A stretch of 64,000 bases of DNA from Trichosphaerium sp. ATCC 40318 (taxonomy: Eukaryota > Protista > Tubulinea), in contig JALMLS010000416.1 of NCBI GenBank assembly GCA_038496445.1, positions 62,001 through 126,000 on the forward strand, given 5' to 3'. Positions 51,953 to 64,000 of this stretch are shown here, piece after piece. The position numbers were made by a program, and so were the translations under genes. The notes under the pieces are model-generated. The model was not told the DNA's origin, ran no database searches, and saw only the letters and a program-made list of their open reading frames with translations. Each line of letters opens with the position of its first letter. The first letter of the stretch is position 1.

Positions 51953-52516
51953 GTTTCTACTGTCTTGTTTTGTTTTGTACTAATCTATCTATTTAAGGCA
52001 TAGGAGGTGCGAATTCGTTGTATTCCGTGTGACTAGAATGGACAAAAGGTACGAATTCATATTGTGTGTCACGTCAGGGTTCCATCTCACTCCTGGCAGA
52101 GTGTGCTAACCCCTTATGGCATTAATGGTTTCTAAATGCTACGATTATGTTGCGATACTTCCGCTTTCCGCACAATCCTCCGCATACGCTATGATTCGTC
52201 ATAAATCACAACCTTGGTTCTCTGAAGACGGCTAACGCTAGAGCTAAAAGCAGTATCGTACGTTTAGATTGTGCCTTCAGCTCAAAAAGAGTTTGAAAAA
52301 TAAATACAGTTTGTAGCACTAGTAAATATTAAAAACAAACAAAGTCATAAAATAGCATTCATCTCGGATCCCGTTTCTTCATGTTACAAGTAGTTGTAAG
52401 GTTTAATATTAAGACTGGTGACATAGAAATACAGCACATTCCAGCCTCACTTTTTTAGAAAGTGATAGTACAATTGGTGACAAACAATATTCAAAAACAG
52501 CTATTTTATTGTTATC

Positions 52517-54799
52517 TTAGTGTTCACACAAAGAAAAAGATCTCTCCCATTTCTGGTTTTCTGAGTTTACGTGATATTTGCGTTCATCCATCAATGCCAA
52601 TCTATGACCACAAGCTTCGTCCCAAGTCATTCCAGACTGCGCATAGCTAACGATCATCTGTATCAGCTCAGGAGGAATTTGTTTACCTACAAACGTTTCA
52701 GTTCAAAAAGGGACGGTTAAAGTTCTGACCTAGTCTGTTGAATACAAGCATGAGAGTAAATGTAAGTCTTCTTGATCTTACGCCCCATTGTTGCTCGGGC
52801 ACTTCTTTTGTTGATAGTATTGGTACATCTGGGTTGACAATAAAGAAACAAAGAATTTTTCTGGATTGCATCATGTTTGAGATGTTGTGAAGGGATACAA
52901 CTTGGTGCTGTAAATCGTTTGGGAACACAATCAACCTTCCTAATAGTTCTTAGTTGTTAACGCAGTATATAATCGACAAAAAACCTTGAAATGTGTGGCC
53001 GACAAGTTTTGGTATAAAAGAAGATTCAAAAAAAGAACAAATGCAAGTGTTTTTTCAAATACCGTGGTTTGTTTCTACAGATCCAAGGATTACGTTGTTT
53101 GTCCACTCGCGTCCTCCATCTTCTCCATCAGGTGCTGGATAATTACCTTCAACATCTCCTCTTTCATCACCCTCACGCCAACGTCTGAAGCAAAGACCAG
53201 AATCATTAATTCCTATGTAGCTGGGTAAGTAACAAAAAAGGTATAGACAAAAATAACCATCTTACCTGGAGCAACAGAGTAGTAGAATATTGCTGATGCT
53301 ACGATTTGTTCATGAAACATACCCTCAACATGCCTTTTTCTTTGTCAAAAAAAAAAAAAGGAAAAAAGTTCTGAGAAATAAAATGGTCGAAGTTCAGTCT
53401 GCCTGCGAGTAGATTGCTTGCAAATTAACGAATATGATGATAATAAATGAGTGTTGTGCGAAATCAAGGAATTGGTAAAGATTTGAAGCAACATTTAAAA
53501 AACCTACCATGAGCCTTGATACACCTAAAAAAATACTTATCAGCACATGTCAATGTTGAAGGCAAACGCACATCTCCTGGTTTAAGTGTGTAGTTTGCTG
53601 CTTTTACTATCACTTGAACATTTCTTCCTGTTAATTCGTACTCTGGAACATGAGGCACAACTTTATCAAATACTTGCTCAAGTGTTTTGTAAAATGGCTC
53701 ATTTGTGTATCTATCGACATTGTTGACATATCCTTCAATTGAACTTTTACCATTTTTATCTACTTTAAAATTCGTAGGTAGCCATTGGTACTTTGATGTA
53801 TCTTGCTGCTTTTTATTTCTTGAATGGTAGTAACTAATAGTAAATTAGACAACGTAAAGACAACAAAGACTTCAAAAAAAAAGGAAAAAAAATAAAACTA
53901 GTTTTTTGTGTGGTAACAAATGATCCCCGCAGTGCTCCTCGGGGCAGACGTAATGATTAAAATTAATGGTTTTATATGAAACAGAGTTAGATAAAGCCAA
54001 TCAGTTATATTACATTTGAAGTGACATACGAAAATAAGACTTTTAAGTCAAATGCAAAATCAACAGAAAAAAAACCGATAAACCAGTCGTACTAATTGGT
54101 TTCTTCGTATGGTCTTTTTGGGCGCTCTCCAAATCTCTTCAAATCCAATAGCTTCTTATCAGTCTCAGGTAATACCTCAGAAATACCGGCAATGTAAGGA
54201 AACATAGAAGGATGAATGATATCCTGAACCATCTCATTTGTGTTTGGATGAAAGTCAGGTTTACCTTGTAAAACACGATTAGTATTTGCTTGAAACCAAA
54301 GCTAGTAGTCAACAAAAATAGCTTGCATTCTTTCACAACAAAGTCTACAATGGCACATAGCAAATCAAGTGTTCGAAGACATAAGAAAGTCATTGTTAAG
54401 CCGAAAAAAAAAACTTTTGAAGGAAAACGGGTTACCTGTCTGTGCAAGCTCATCTAATTGCGATTCGACCTTTGCTCTTAGATCTTCTGGTATCAGATCA
54501 TCTGATACAAATACTCGCTCGTAGCGTAATTGTTGAGGCGTCACAAAATGGGATTGGTTGATTTCTTGGACCAGTTCCTCGAAAGCTTGTAAAAGGATGT
54601 TTGATTTGACTCCTTGAGCAGCTAGTTCGTCAAAGTAACGACCACGAATCTCATAATCCAACACCTTTGTTCTCCAAAGCAATTTTTGTTGTATTACCTT
54701 TTTAACAGCGTCTACGCTGTTGAGATCCGTTTTTGGGCGTTTCGCGTCTTGTTTAGAGCTATCATCTGTTTCAGCACTACGTTTACGCTTAGGAGGCAT
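52517..54799 (-). CDS. DUF4246-family protein, copy 2 (tandem paralogue)
   Basis: Exons nearly identical to 47896-50130, same intron positions, ends FSLCEH*. Confidence 0.82.
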
Positions 54800-55306
54800 T
54801 GTATAGTTAATCAGCGTGGTGGAGCGGGTGTGGGCGCTTGTTAAAATAACTTGTAACATACCTTAACGAACTCAAGTACTGAGGGGTTGTCATCATGGTG
54901 GAGTGTAGGATTACTGTAACCAACGTTACGGTTTAGCGTCTTACTAGAAATCGTTTTCTTGGCAACTTGCAAAAACCGTTGTGGAAGTGGACGTTTTAAC
55001 TCTTTCCAACGTGAGTGGAAGCCAGTAGTCTGTTTTGTAACTGTAGTGGACAACCTTGTAAGGCAACAAGAGCGCCTGAACAAAGAGATTTGTCCAAACT
55101 GGTGCGACAGAAACGACTTCAGTTTTTCGACTTTTGAAAACAAATGTAACATCACGGTTGTACTTAAAACTAAATAATTATACAAGTGCTTTGTTTTTAG
55201 AACATTGTAGCAGGTTCATTCACAGGATCTTGAGTTCGACATCATTTTTTTTCGTGGCACGTGTTTGTTTTTTGAAATTTTTTTCTCTTTGTCAAGCTGT
55301 TTCGTT

Positions 55307-55960
55307 TTATACAATTGCTTGATCTTGGTCATACAATAGTGCCCTTCGTTCTTCATCTGTTTTAGGCTTGTAGCATATACAACAGCAAAGAACGCACCAA
55401 GTGATTATAGAGATTTCAATTATAACAGAAACAATACCAGCAATAATAGCAATGATTGTCCAATCAGTTATTGGCTCTAAAAAGAAAAATTACGTTGTTG
55501 AACGTCATTCTCGTCTCAAGGCTTACCGAGTATCTCTGCAGTAGGTGAAAACGTTGGATATTGCGTAGGAGCCTGTGTTGTAGGTACGTGAGGTGCTTGT
55601 GGAGGGAATGTTGAGTTTGTTGTTGGCGCAGTCCCTGCAAGGTACTGAGCTTGTAAAATATCACGTTTTTGGTACCGTTTCCCAAGTGTGCTGCACAAAT
55701 ATGCGTTAAAAACAATACCACGTATACCAGGTAAAAGGATGCAGCGTTTATATACATTACTAACATTCAGGACTAATGACTGATGGTTGACAAACGGAAC
55801 GATCTTTTTGAATTTTTCACAAACATCAGATCTCATTGAGCTCGCTAAACACGCTAACAATGACAAACGAGATTCATGTTCGCGAATACGTCATATTCTA
55901 TCAAGCAATGAAACAAAGCGAAGCTGAAATGAAAAACAACGCCACCAGAAAAAACAACAT
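55307..55960 (-). pseudogene. Small type-I membrane protein with Pro/Thr stalk; 5' end disrupted (pseudogene or assembly error)
   Basis: Signal-like MLFFLVALFFISAS followed by an early stop/frameshift; APTTNSTFPPQAP stalk; TM IIAIIAGIVSVIIEISIITWCVLCCCIC. Confidence 0.4.
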
Positions 55961-56129
55961 TTTTTCACGCGCTAAAAAAACCTACGTTTACAAGTGAGTG
56001 TTGCAACTATTTCAGTTTTTATTAAGAACACCAATAGTCACCAAGGTGTTATTGCAGTGGGCTTAGGGAAGGTTAAAAATCAAATACAAGGCAAGTTTTT
56101 TATTTGTACTTTTTTTTGACATGTTATTG

Positions 56130-59100
56130 TTAGAAGCCTATGTTTGCTTTGTATACTCTCTTCCCTTTCCATTTTTCTCTAATATCTGTATCGTATCTTT
56201 CAGATACTTGAATCAACTCACTTGTCATTTCATCTCTCATACTATCTTCAATATCATGACACGAATAAACGCCAACATTTACATCCTACAAGAAAAAAAT
56301 CAGAAAAAAAAACTTCACAACGATGTGTAAAACACTCCGTTTGGATAAAATCCGCCTCTCATACCTCTGCATTTTTGCTGATATCATAAAGGAAGTATCC
56401 AAGATTTTCAGATACATTCATACGTGTCATTAAATTGACACCTTTAACAATAGGTTGAACTTTTTGACCTAAATAAAGAAGTTAACATTGTAGGTATGGC
56501 TTAATTGTTACTAGGTGTTGATTAGTACCTTGAAGTTCTTTAAGGGGTACAGATCGACCTCCATTGTTGTAAAAGTCTTTTGGGAGGATTCTACCAACAA
56601 CAGAAACATCAGGTGTGAACATTTGAGGAAACGCTGGTGATAGTACAAAACATTGCTTTTCTGAAGCTCTAAAATATGTAGTAAGCATCAAACCATGTGA
56701 TATGCTACAACAAATATCTGACAAGCAAATGTGGGTATAATAGTTTGAAGAAAAGAACACAGTGATCATTGTGTTTGAACACTGAAAAGTTTGCGTATTC
56801 TTTCACTTTTTAACCCAAGAATATTTTAGCTTACCTTTGCCGTACTAGGCATTTATAGCGACCAAAGTAGTTATCAAACAAATCATATGAACTCTTATAA
56901 TTCTTTGATGTTTGAAAATAAGGTTCCAAACCTCGTAGCATAATAGACTCTGTCAATTGACCTACTTTTGTCTAAACAAAAAAATAAGAACAAGAAGAGA
57001 AAATAAAGATGACAAGTTCCAAGCTCTCTTGAGCTCATCTTGTCTCAGATACGCTTTAAAAGATAAAATACTATTCCAAGTATACCAATCACTAGATTAA
57101 ACAGACGTACCTTTGTAACAAATGGATAGAGGCTCGATATTAAGTCAGATTCTGGTAGTGCTTTGTTATTTTTATTCAAAGCTTGTTCCAAACTCTCTTC
57201 TTCTCCCATTGGGAATGGAAATCCTACATCTAGAGCACCTATATTATGGCTTTCTCCAATAGATCCCAATTGTTGTAAAAGTCTATGCATTGGTGTAGCA
57301 TTTTTGTCAAGTCTGAAAAAAAGCATTGTTAGTTCCATTAAACAAAAATGTAACTGCTAGCAGGTACAAACTTGCCTGAACGGAAGTGTTGCATTATCAA
57401 TAGCTGCACTGATAACAGCACTAGAATGGTAGGAAGACGAAAGCTATAAAAAGAGGTGTTAATACAGAACTCATGTGTTTTAAATTTTCGAAGAAAAAAG
57501 CGTACTGATGCAAGGTAAGGAAATGTTTCTTCTGTTAAATGATAGTTACTGACAGGAACAATAAAAGTTGCAAAATCCCGTAGAGCTAAGAATTGATTAG
57601 ATACTTGAAGATTCTTGAGAAAGAATAAGGTAAAAGCGTACAATGAAGACAGAGTCCTGTGTTTAGATAGTAAGATTCTAGTTGTTTCGCTGTTTCTTTC
57701 TTTTCATGGTAAGCCCACAAAAGAACAGGTGTGTTACCATACTCTTTGCGTATCTCTTCTAAGAATACTATACAATTCATGTTAAATTATTAAAAGATAG
57801 TGACATAGATAGCAAAGACAACAAGAATTCCTTTATGAGGTTGTTTTTTTTATTTGATTAAAAAGTTTGAGACTCAACTCCTTCGTTAGTCTTAGCTTAC
57901 CGGAAGTGACACCTCCCCAACCATTATGTATATCAGCAAATAATTGTATGCCTTGCATATGATCACATTCTTCGGCAAAGTAACGAACCCTATCGATCAT
58001 CTCATCCAACTAGTAGCAATTTCAACTTAATCGTCTAGTATTTGAAAACAGCTCAATTGATGGGTTGCGTACTTGATCAACGTCCTTTGTTATTTCGTGA
58101 CCTTGTTGCCAAAAATCAAAGTCATCGCCATAACGAACACCGTTCATAGCATACAAAGACTTTGGATGATACTCTGTATTTACATAATCGCTCCAATGCT
58201 TAACAGTATTTTCTGATAGTCCAAAATCGTATGCTGTATTTGTTCCAGTTTTATTGGACTATATATGACTGTTAAGCACTATGAAATAACACACAATTAT
58301 GCGCTAATATAAAAGGACAACATAATAAGCTTTTGATTTCTTGTAACCCAGCTGGGCGAAGAAAAAAAAACTACAAAAAAAAAATGGAAAAAAATAAGAA
58401 AAAAATAAAGACTGGAGAAAGGTTGTCGTTGAAGCCTCTTACCACAATTTTATAATACATCTCAAGTTCTTGTTCAATATCATCAATATCATATTGAGCA
58501 TCCATTAACCTTAATCGTTCGGCACCTATAAAATTAAATCAATAAAAAACAAATAACAATTTTTGTTCAGTAACTCCATACCAGTCACAGCATCTTTTGA
58601 TAAGTTTGCTACTTCTGTTTTCAATTGTTGCAATTTCTTCTTCTTAGCATCAACTTGTGACGGTAATTGTTGTCCAAAAGCACGTGCTTGTACTACTGCA
58701 CTCTCCTACAAAGCACGATAAGCGACGAAAACGAGGTTGGAAATAAATTAAGAAAAAATCATTCTAGGCCTTTCCAAAAAGCATCTAGCTCAAGCGTACT
58801 AGTTGAATAAGTCTTCTGACGCGCTGATAAACGCTTGAGGAACCACCTTGGTCAATACGCGTTGATCTACCTTGCCTGAAGGATTGTTAAAAGGCTAATA
58901 CTGTTACGTAGGACTAAAACGAGTGGTTTTAAGGTGGTGAAACGTATTGACATACCATGTTGCTGAACTGGCTTGTTGAGGTACTCCTGTCTCTCCACTT
59001 TTATTTACAGAGCGAAATCCGCCTGTTGATTCGAAAATAACGGATCTAGGAAGAAACTACAATAATTTGTAAATAAACGATAGAATAGTTATTCCATACG

Positions 59101-59285
59101 CGTCCTTTACGCTCTACGAACAAAGAACGTTTATTAAAGTCCGCATTCTTGTACTCTAAAAGCGCTGCCTACAATACCAAGTTAATCAACGCGTAATGGC
59201 CATCAATAGCGCTTACCTGAGTATTCCAGTAGTGCGTTGCTATATTATTTGAGTTAGGACCTATCTGTACTGTAATAATCTCCAT
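56130..59285 (-). CDS. MSTO1: Misato/DML1 tubulin-FtsZ-like protein
   Basis: MEIITVQIGPNSNNIATHYWNTQ; VKHWSDY...YHPKS; DRVRYFAEECDHMQGIQLFADIHNGWGG. Confidence 0.88.
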
Positions 59286-59722
59286 AGTTGTCAAGATGCT
59301 GATTTAATAAACAAACTGTCCAAATTATGCCATTTTCTCGTCGAATTTTTTAATTTGTTGTATCAGAAAAACCGTCAAAAAATTAACAGAAAACTCGTGT
59401 TTTTTTGGAATACTCACGATTTCTTTTAAACGTGCGTTCTATGTAAGAGGTTATTAAATCACGTAGAGGTTGTAATAGTTTTTTTCTGGCTATATATGAG
59501 CAATTAAGTTACATCTACAGATTGGAGTAAGTGTTTGTGTTTTGAGCTATTTGTCCGCTTTATCAATATACATTTATTGTCTTACATAGAAAATAATTTA
59601 AAGACGGTCTCAAAGGGGCTGATATTAACACATATAGTATGTTTTCAATGTCAGAAATTTATTTGTTACAATGCGAAACAAGGCCAAAAATAAAAAACCA
59701 GGGTTCAGAAAAAAAAAGTTAT

Positions 59723-62700
59723 TTACAGATTATCACTACCACCATTTAAATTATGGGTTAGTAGTTTCAAAATATGTTCAAAAGATGGTCTCTCATCAGG
59801 ATCAAATGACCAACATTCAAGTAATATATCATATAACCAAGCAGGAGTACGTGAAGGTATTACAGGGTGATACCCTTCATCACGAATTTTCTTTAAAGTA
59901 GCCAACATATCTTGTGCATTAGCATGTGGCTCTATACCAGCCTATTGAAGAATATCAGTTAGTGACTGACATACTCTTTTAATAATTCGATTTACCAGTA
60001 GTTCATATGCGACACACCCAAACATCCATGTATCTGATGCAACAGAGTACACACGTGAAAGAGATTCTGGAGCCATCCAACTGAAAGTTTGTTTTAGCCT
60101 AACTATGAAAAAAGTTTTTTTTTACGCTTACCGTACTGGCCCTACATTGGCTTTTGTCATGCCTTTACCTGATTTTACTGTTCTAGAAAATCCAAAGTCT
60201 GATACTTTAGGTATCAGTGTATTATTGGTCTGTTGTAAGAGTATATTTCTACAAGCCAAATCCCTAGCCAGATTAGCTTTTTTTTTGGAAGAATTCTAGC
60301 TTTGTTGCAACACGCCTATGAATGATTTTCTCCTTGTGTATATGTAAAACACCCCGTGCTATACCTATTAACATAGATACACACATTTCTATACTTATAC
60401 GTGGTCTTGAAAATGCTATAGCATCAAGAGAACCTCCAGAAAGGTACCTTAAGATAAAGTTAACTTGGCTGTATTTCTTTTGTCTAAAATTAAACCGTAC
60501 TCCATAACAAAACAAGTCATAGTATCATCGAGTACAATACCATAAAGTTGAACTACATTTGGATGCGGTCTCAGTTGATTCATTACACTAATTTCTGATA
60601 TAAAGTCAGAAAGTAATTCTTGCTGTACTTCCAATCCTGTTTTTACAGCAACGTCAATCGCTCTCCATTTCCTGTTTTAGAAATAAGTTTAAAACATTCA
60701 CAATAATATTTTAATAATTTTACCCTTTATGAACAACGCCATAGGTACCTCTACCTAACTCGTTACCTATCGATACTTCACTTGAGTCTATTTTCCATTT
60801 TTTCAAAGCAGCATTTCCGAAATCTTTTTCATACTTTGCACAAACGTTATGAATAGCCTCTTCTTTTGTTGTGAGGGCTGTGTTATCATATAAAGTAGAG
60901 TCTAAAAAGTAAAGAGTAAATCAATTATTATCTGTCTGTGAGTGCCAAGCTCTTAAGTTTTTTGGTGTACCATTTTCCGACTTCCTAATTTTAAACACAA
61001 CAAATACAGTAATTATGGCTATAATTATTATCACAGCTATTGTTACACCAACTAATATTGGTACTATATTAAGAGATTTTCCTTTTTGATTATCTGAAGT
61101 CTCTTCTGTTGGTGGTACAGGTGGGAGAATATCCACTAAGAAAAAAATGAGAATATGTATTCCCAAAAGAAAAACATACATTGCCATTGTTGGACAAACG
61201 GTTTCGCATCAAAAGTCAGGAATTGATTAGTAAAAGTAACCCAAAGAGAGTTTCTATCTTCAATGAGAATACTTCCGGCCACTATGAAAAAGTGAGCAAT
61301 CATTGAAAATATACAAGGTGCAAATAAAAGAATATTATTCTCCTTACTTCCAACAGCGAATATGCCTCCATCAGTGATAGTTTTGGATACATATAACAGT
61401 GATGTATCATTTATGCCTTTTATAACCAAGTATAAAGGTTCATAGGCACGTGCTGTAAGGCCTCCAAAAGAGTATCCAAGTACGCACATATCGCCAGCAG
61501 GAAGCACAGAATAAGGGCCAAAACCATGGATGTATAAGTTCCCTATAATAATATCTACAAGCTCTATATTATAATTCTCTGTTACTTCTGCAATACTGTA
61601 GTTAAGCATATGTATTGTGACTAGAAAAGAGCGTTAGCACATACAATCGTAGGCTAGTTTTTTGGTTTTTTGTAATTGTTTTTTTGAAAAAATTACCTTT
61701 AACAGATGTGGGTAAGACTTCGTCAAGTACCTGATTTGTTTGTATCAGAGGATTTGTCAAACCTACGTATAAATAATTAGTATGTAATAATGATGAATTT
61801 TACGTACTAACTACGAGTTGTTGTTTGTTTTCGGTGTGCGTAAAAAAGAAATGAGATATGTATTTATGAGCTAACCAGTCTCCTTTTGTGTTATTTAATG
61901 GGTTCAAAACTTCTCCAATATCATTAAAAGATATATCCAAAGTTTTAATAAATAATTGATCGCCTTCAAGCCAAGCCATAACAAGATTTTCTCCATTCAA
62001 TACAATCTTTGGGCATTTTATTGAAGAATTTCTTGGAATTATTCTTTCATTCGTAATCCGATCAAAGTCAATGGTACGCAGGTGAAGTATTGTATCATTT
62101 TCATAATCTACGTTGACTATAACACATGTTGTATTATCTCCGAATACTTCAAAGTCCATCAACTGAGCATACGCGAAATCTGAAGTCGGCCTGTAAAAAA
62201 CCAGAATTAAAAAAAACCCTTCACAACTTGCTCGTTTGTTTAAACTGAGCTAACTTTGACTCACTTACCACTTTGAGGTAGAAAAGAGTGCAGTCTGATT
62301 ATATGTTCCTCGTGGTATATCTAAGTCTATTGCATATACTTGTTGTCTAGGGTCAGGCTGGCTCGGTGATTTTTCATGAAAAACATGCAAGCAATGAACC
62401 GTGTCAATAGAAGTGAATGTGCAATACAACAGCCTTTCTGTTCCAGTCTCAGCAAACCTAGAACTATTTGTGATCATAGGGTCATAGTACGATACATTTC
62501 CCATGGGCCTAACAAGAATTTAACGGCTGTTAAGCTAAGCGAAGCGGAAACTAAGTTTTTTCGAGTTGTTGGCTTACCAGCAATCGCCTAATGTAGTAAG
62601 CTTGTTATTATCGTCCATGCGCTGTATACTAAGGCATGACGGAGCTGTACTGAGCTCGTTTTTGATTTCAATGATGCTCAGAAAATAATATTTTCCGTCT

Positions 62701-62894
62701 GTGGTGTTTAACGCTGAAATAGCTGAAAATGCGTTCTTTAGATCCTCTACTTAGCGTCAGATTACGTTTTGTAATTATTTCGCGAAGAATTCTTGATTAC
62801 CGCCAGGTACGGCTCGTAACGTGTTTATAGGGTATTGAGCGCTACATAGAGCAAGAATTAGAGCTACAGCAAGTATTTTCGTATACAAGAACAT
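59723..62894 (-). CDS. Single-pass receptor tyrosine kinase / TKL
   Basis: Signal peptide MFLYTKILAVALILALCSA; TM IVPILVGVTIAVIIIIAIITVFVVF; LGRGTYGVV, VAVK, HRDLACRN, DFG, GPVRWMAPES, CW...RPSF. Confidence 0.9.
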
Positions 62895-63197
62895 CTCATA
62901 GCGTTTAGAATTATCCCCGTGATGTATTAGTAGCCAGAAAACAATTAGTAGTTGTTGTATTGCCAATAAGCCTATTTAATAGCATTTCATGAAATGCAGT
63001 TAAGTACTACCCCAAAAACATCTGTTTTTCCAACAATCGTGTTGCATCCTCTACACAACCTCCAACAGCTACACTTGTGGTGAAGTAAAGACACATGCAT
63101 TACAATACTATAACAGTATTTTTTTGTCTACCTATGCCTCAGAGGTATTTACAAGACAACATTAAAACATCCTTGGATGGTAAAACTATTTATTATG

Positions 63198-63975
63198 TTA
63201 CATGTCTTTCCAAGGACATTTCTCAGGATGGCAAGTGAGACAAGGCATGCTCAAAGAAAATTGGTGCTCCCCGCAATCGTCGCAGTGCCATTCTCTATAA
63301 TCACCTGTACATTCTCCAAATGACTCGCACTTACAACAGTGATTGTGAAACTTACCACAATCTACAATGTAAATGTAAGCAGATTTTAAAAGACTCAGTT
63401 TCAGTCCATACCTGAGCGGAACTCTCCAGAGCATAGTTCTGAAATATAAAATCGTATATCGCAATCTTCACATTTAGAAGCACCTCCTCTAGGACCATTT
63501 TCGTCTTCATAGTCGCCACCGTAGTCAGGTTGCAAAATCTTTGTATAAAATAAGCCACATATTTCAAATATGACCGTACCAAGCGCCTGTACGTTGTAGT
63601 ACATCCATCTTTTCCACACACCGGACAATCAAAAGTTCTGGGGAGTTTCTGATTGAGGTTTGAGGTTGGTAGTTTCAAGAATCTAGAAGCTAATCAACAA
63701 AATATTCCAACTTTACATTAAACAAAAAAATTATAAGCAATAAAATCTAAACGAACCCACGAGCAATGGCAGCCATACAACACCAACTTGCTTCCGATAC
63801 ATGATGCTTAGCCATACCAAGAGACATCAGCTTTTGTTGCACTCTTCTAACTTCAGGAGGAAAAACTTCGGATGTATTTGGTCCACATTGATATGGTCCA
63901 TACCGCTGAAACCTCATGCCAATATGTCCCCAAAGCACAGGTGGCTTTTTCTGGTGTACTAAAAATCCATTAAAA
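63198..63975 (-). CDS. Cys/His-rich putative zinc-binding protein, partial (continues beyond window)
   Basis: Spliced exons FDCPVC..., KCEDC...LCSG, CGKFHNHCCKC...GDYREWHCDDCGEH...CLTC. Confidence 0.55.
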
Positions 63976-64000
63976 CCTGAGAAAACTAAAAATCTGTGCC

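Noticed and set aside
10001-54799. Peptide precursor plus DUF4246/SnoaL genes as one RiPP cluster
   Set aside because: About 37 kb apart with unrelated housekeeping genes between; no modifying enzyme adjacent to the precursor
1-64000. Alternative genetic code explaining the fragmented ORFs
   Set aside because: Fragmentation is explained by introns; TAA, TAG and TGA all terminate well-supported genes

Overview
AT-rich, gene-dense and intron-rich eukaryotic DNA, probably from an amoebozoan-type protist (inferred from an AprA/PqaA homologue, a receptor tyrosine-kinase-like gene, a DH-PH-RhoGAP protein and GTACGT-type donors). It holds about 22 spliced protein genes, one tRNA-Leu(CAA), one complete non-autonomous hAT element with TIRs and an 8-bp TSD, and one or two pseudogenes. 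The ORF track shows only exon fragments, so all gene models were spliced by hand. Highlights: (1) a two-exon, 181-aa secreted precursor at 10001-10632 with three identical RR-containing peptide repeats and a second duplicated peptide family, resembling a pheromone, neuropeptide or KEP prepropeptide; (2) an F-box protein fused to a Vint-type Hint autoprocessing domain; (3) about 55 CACGTG palindromes (roughly 8-9x a base-composition estimate), mostly intronic or gene-flanking, and four GC-AG introns whose donor is GCACGTGAT; (4) a U12-type intron in an SLC12 gene; (5) a bacterial-like SnoaL cyclase gene between tandem DUF4246 oxygenase-like paralogues. Coordinates were counted by hand and domain calls come from motif recognition, not database searches.
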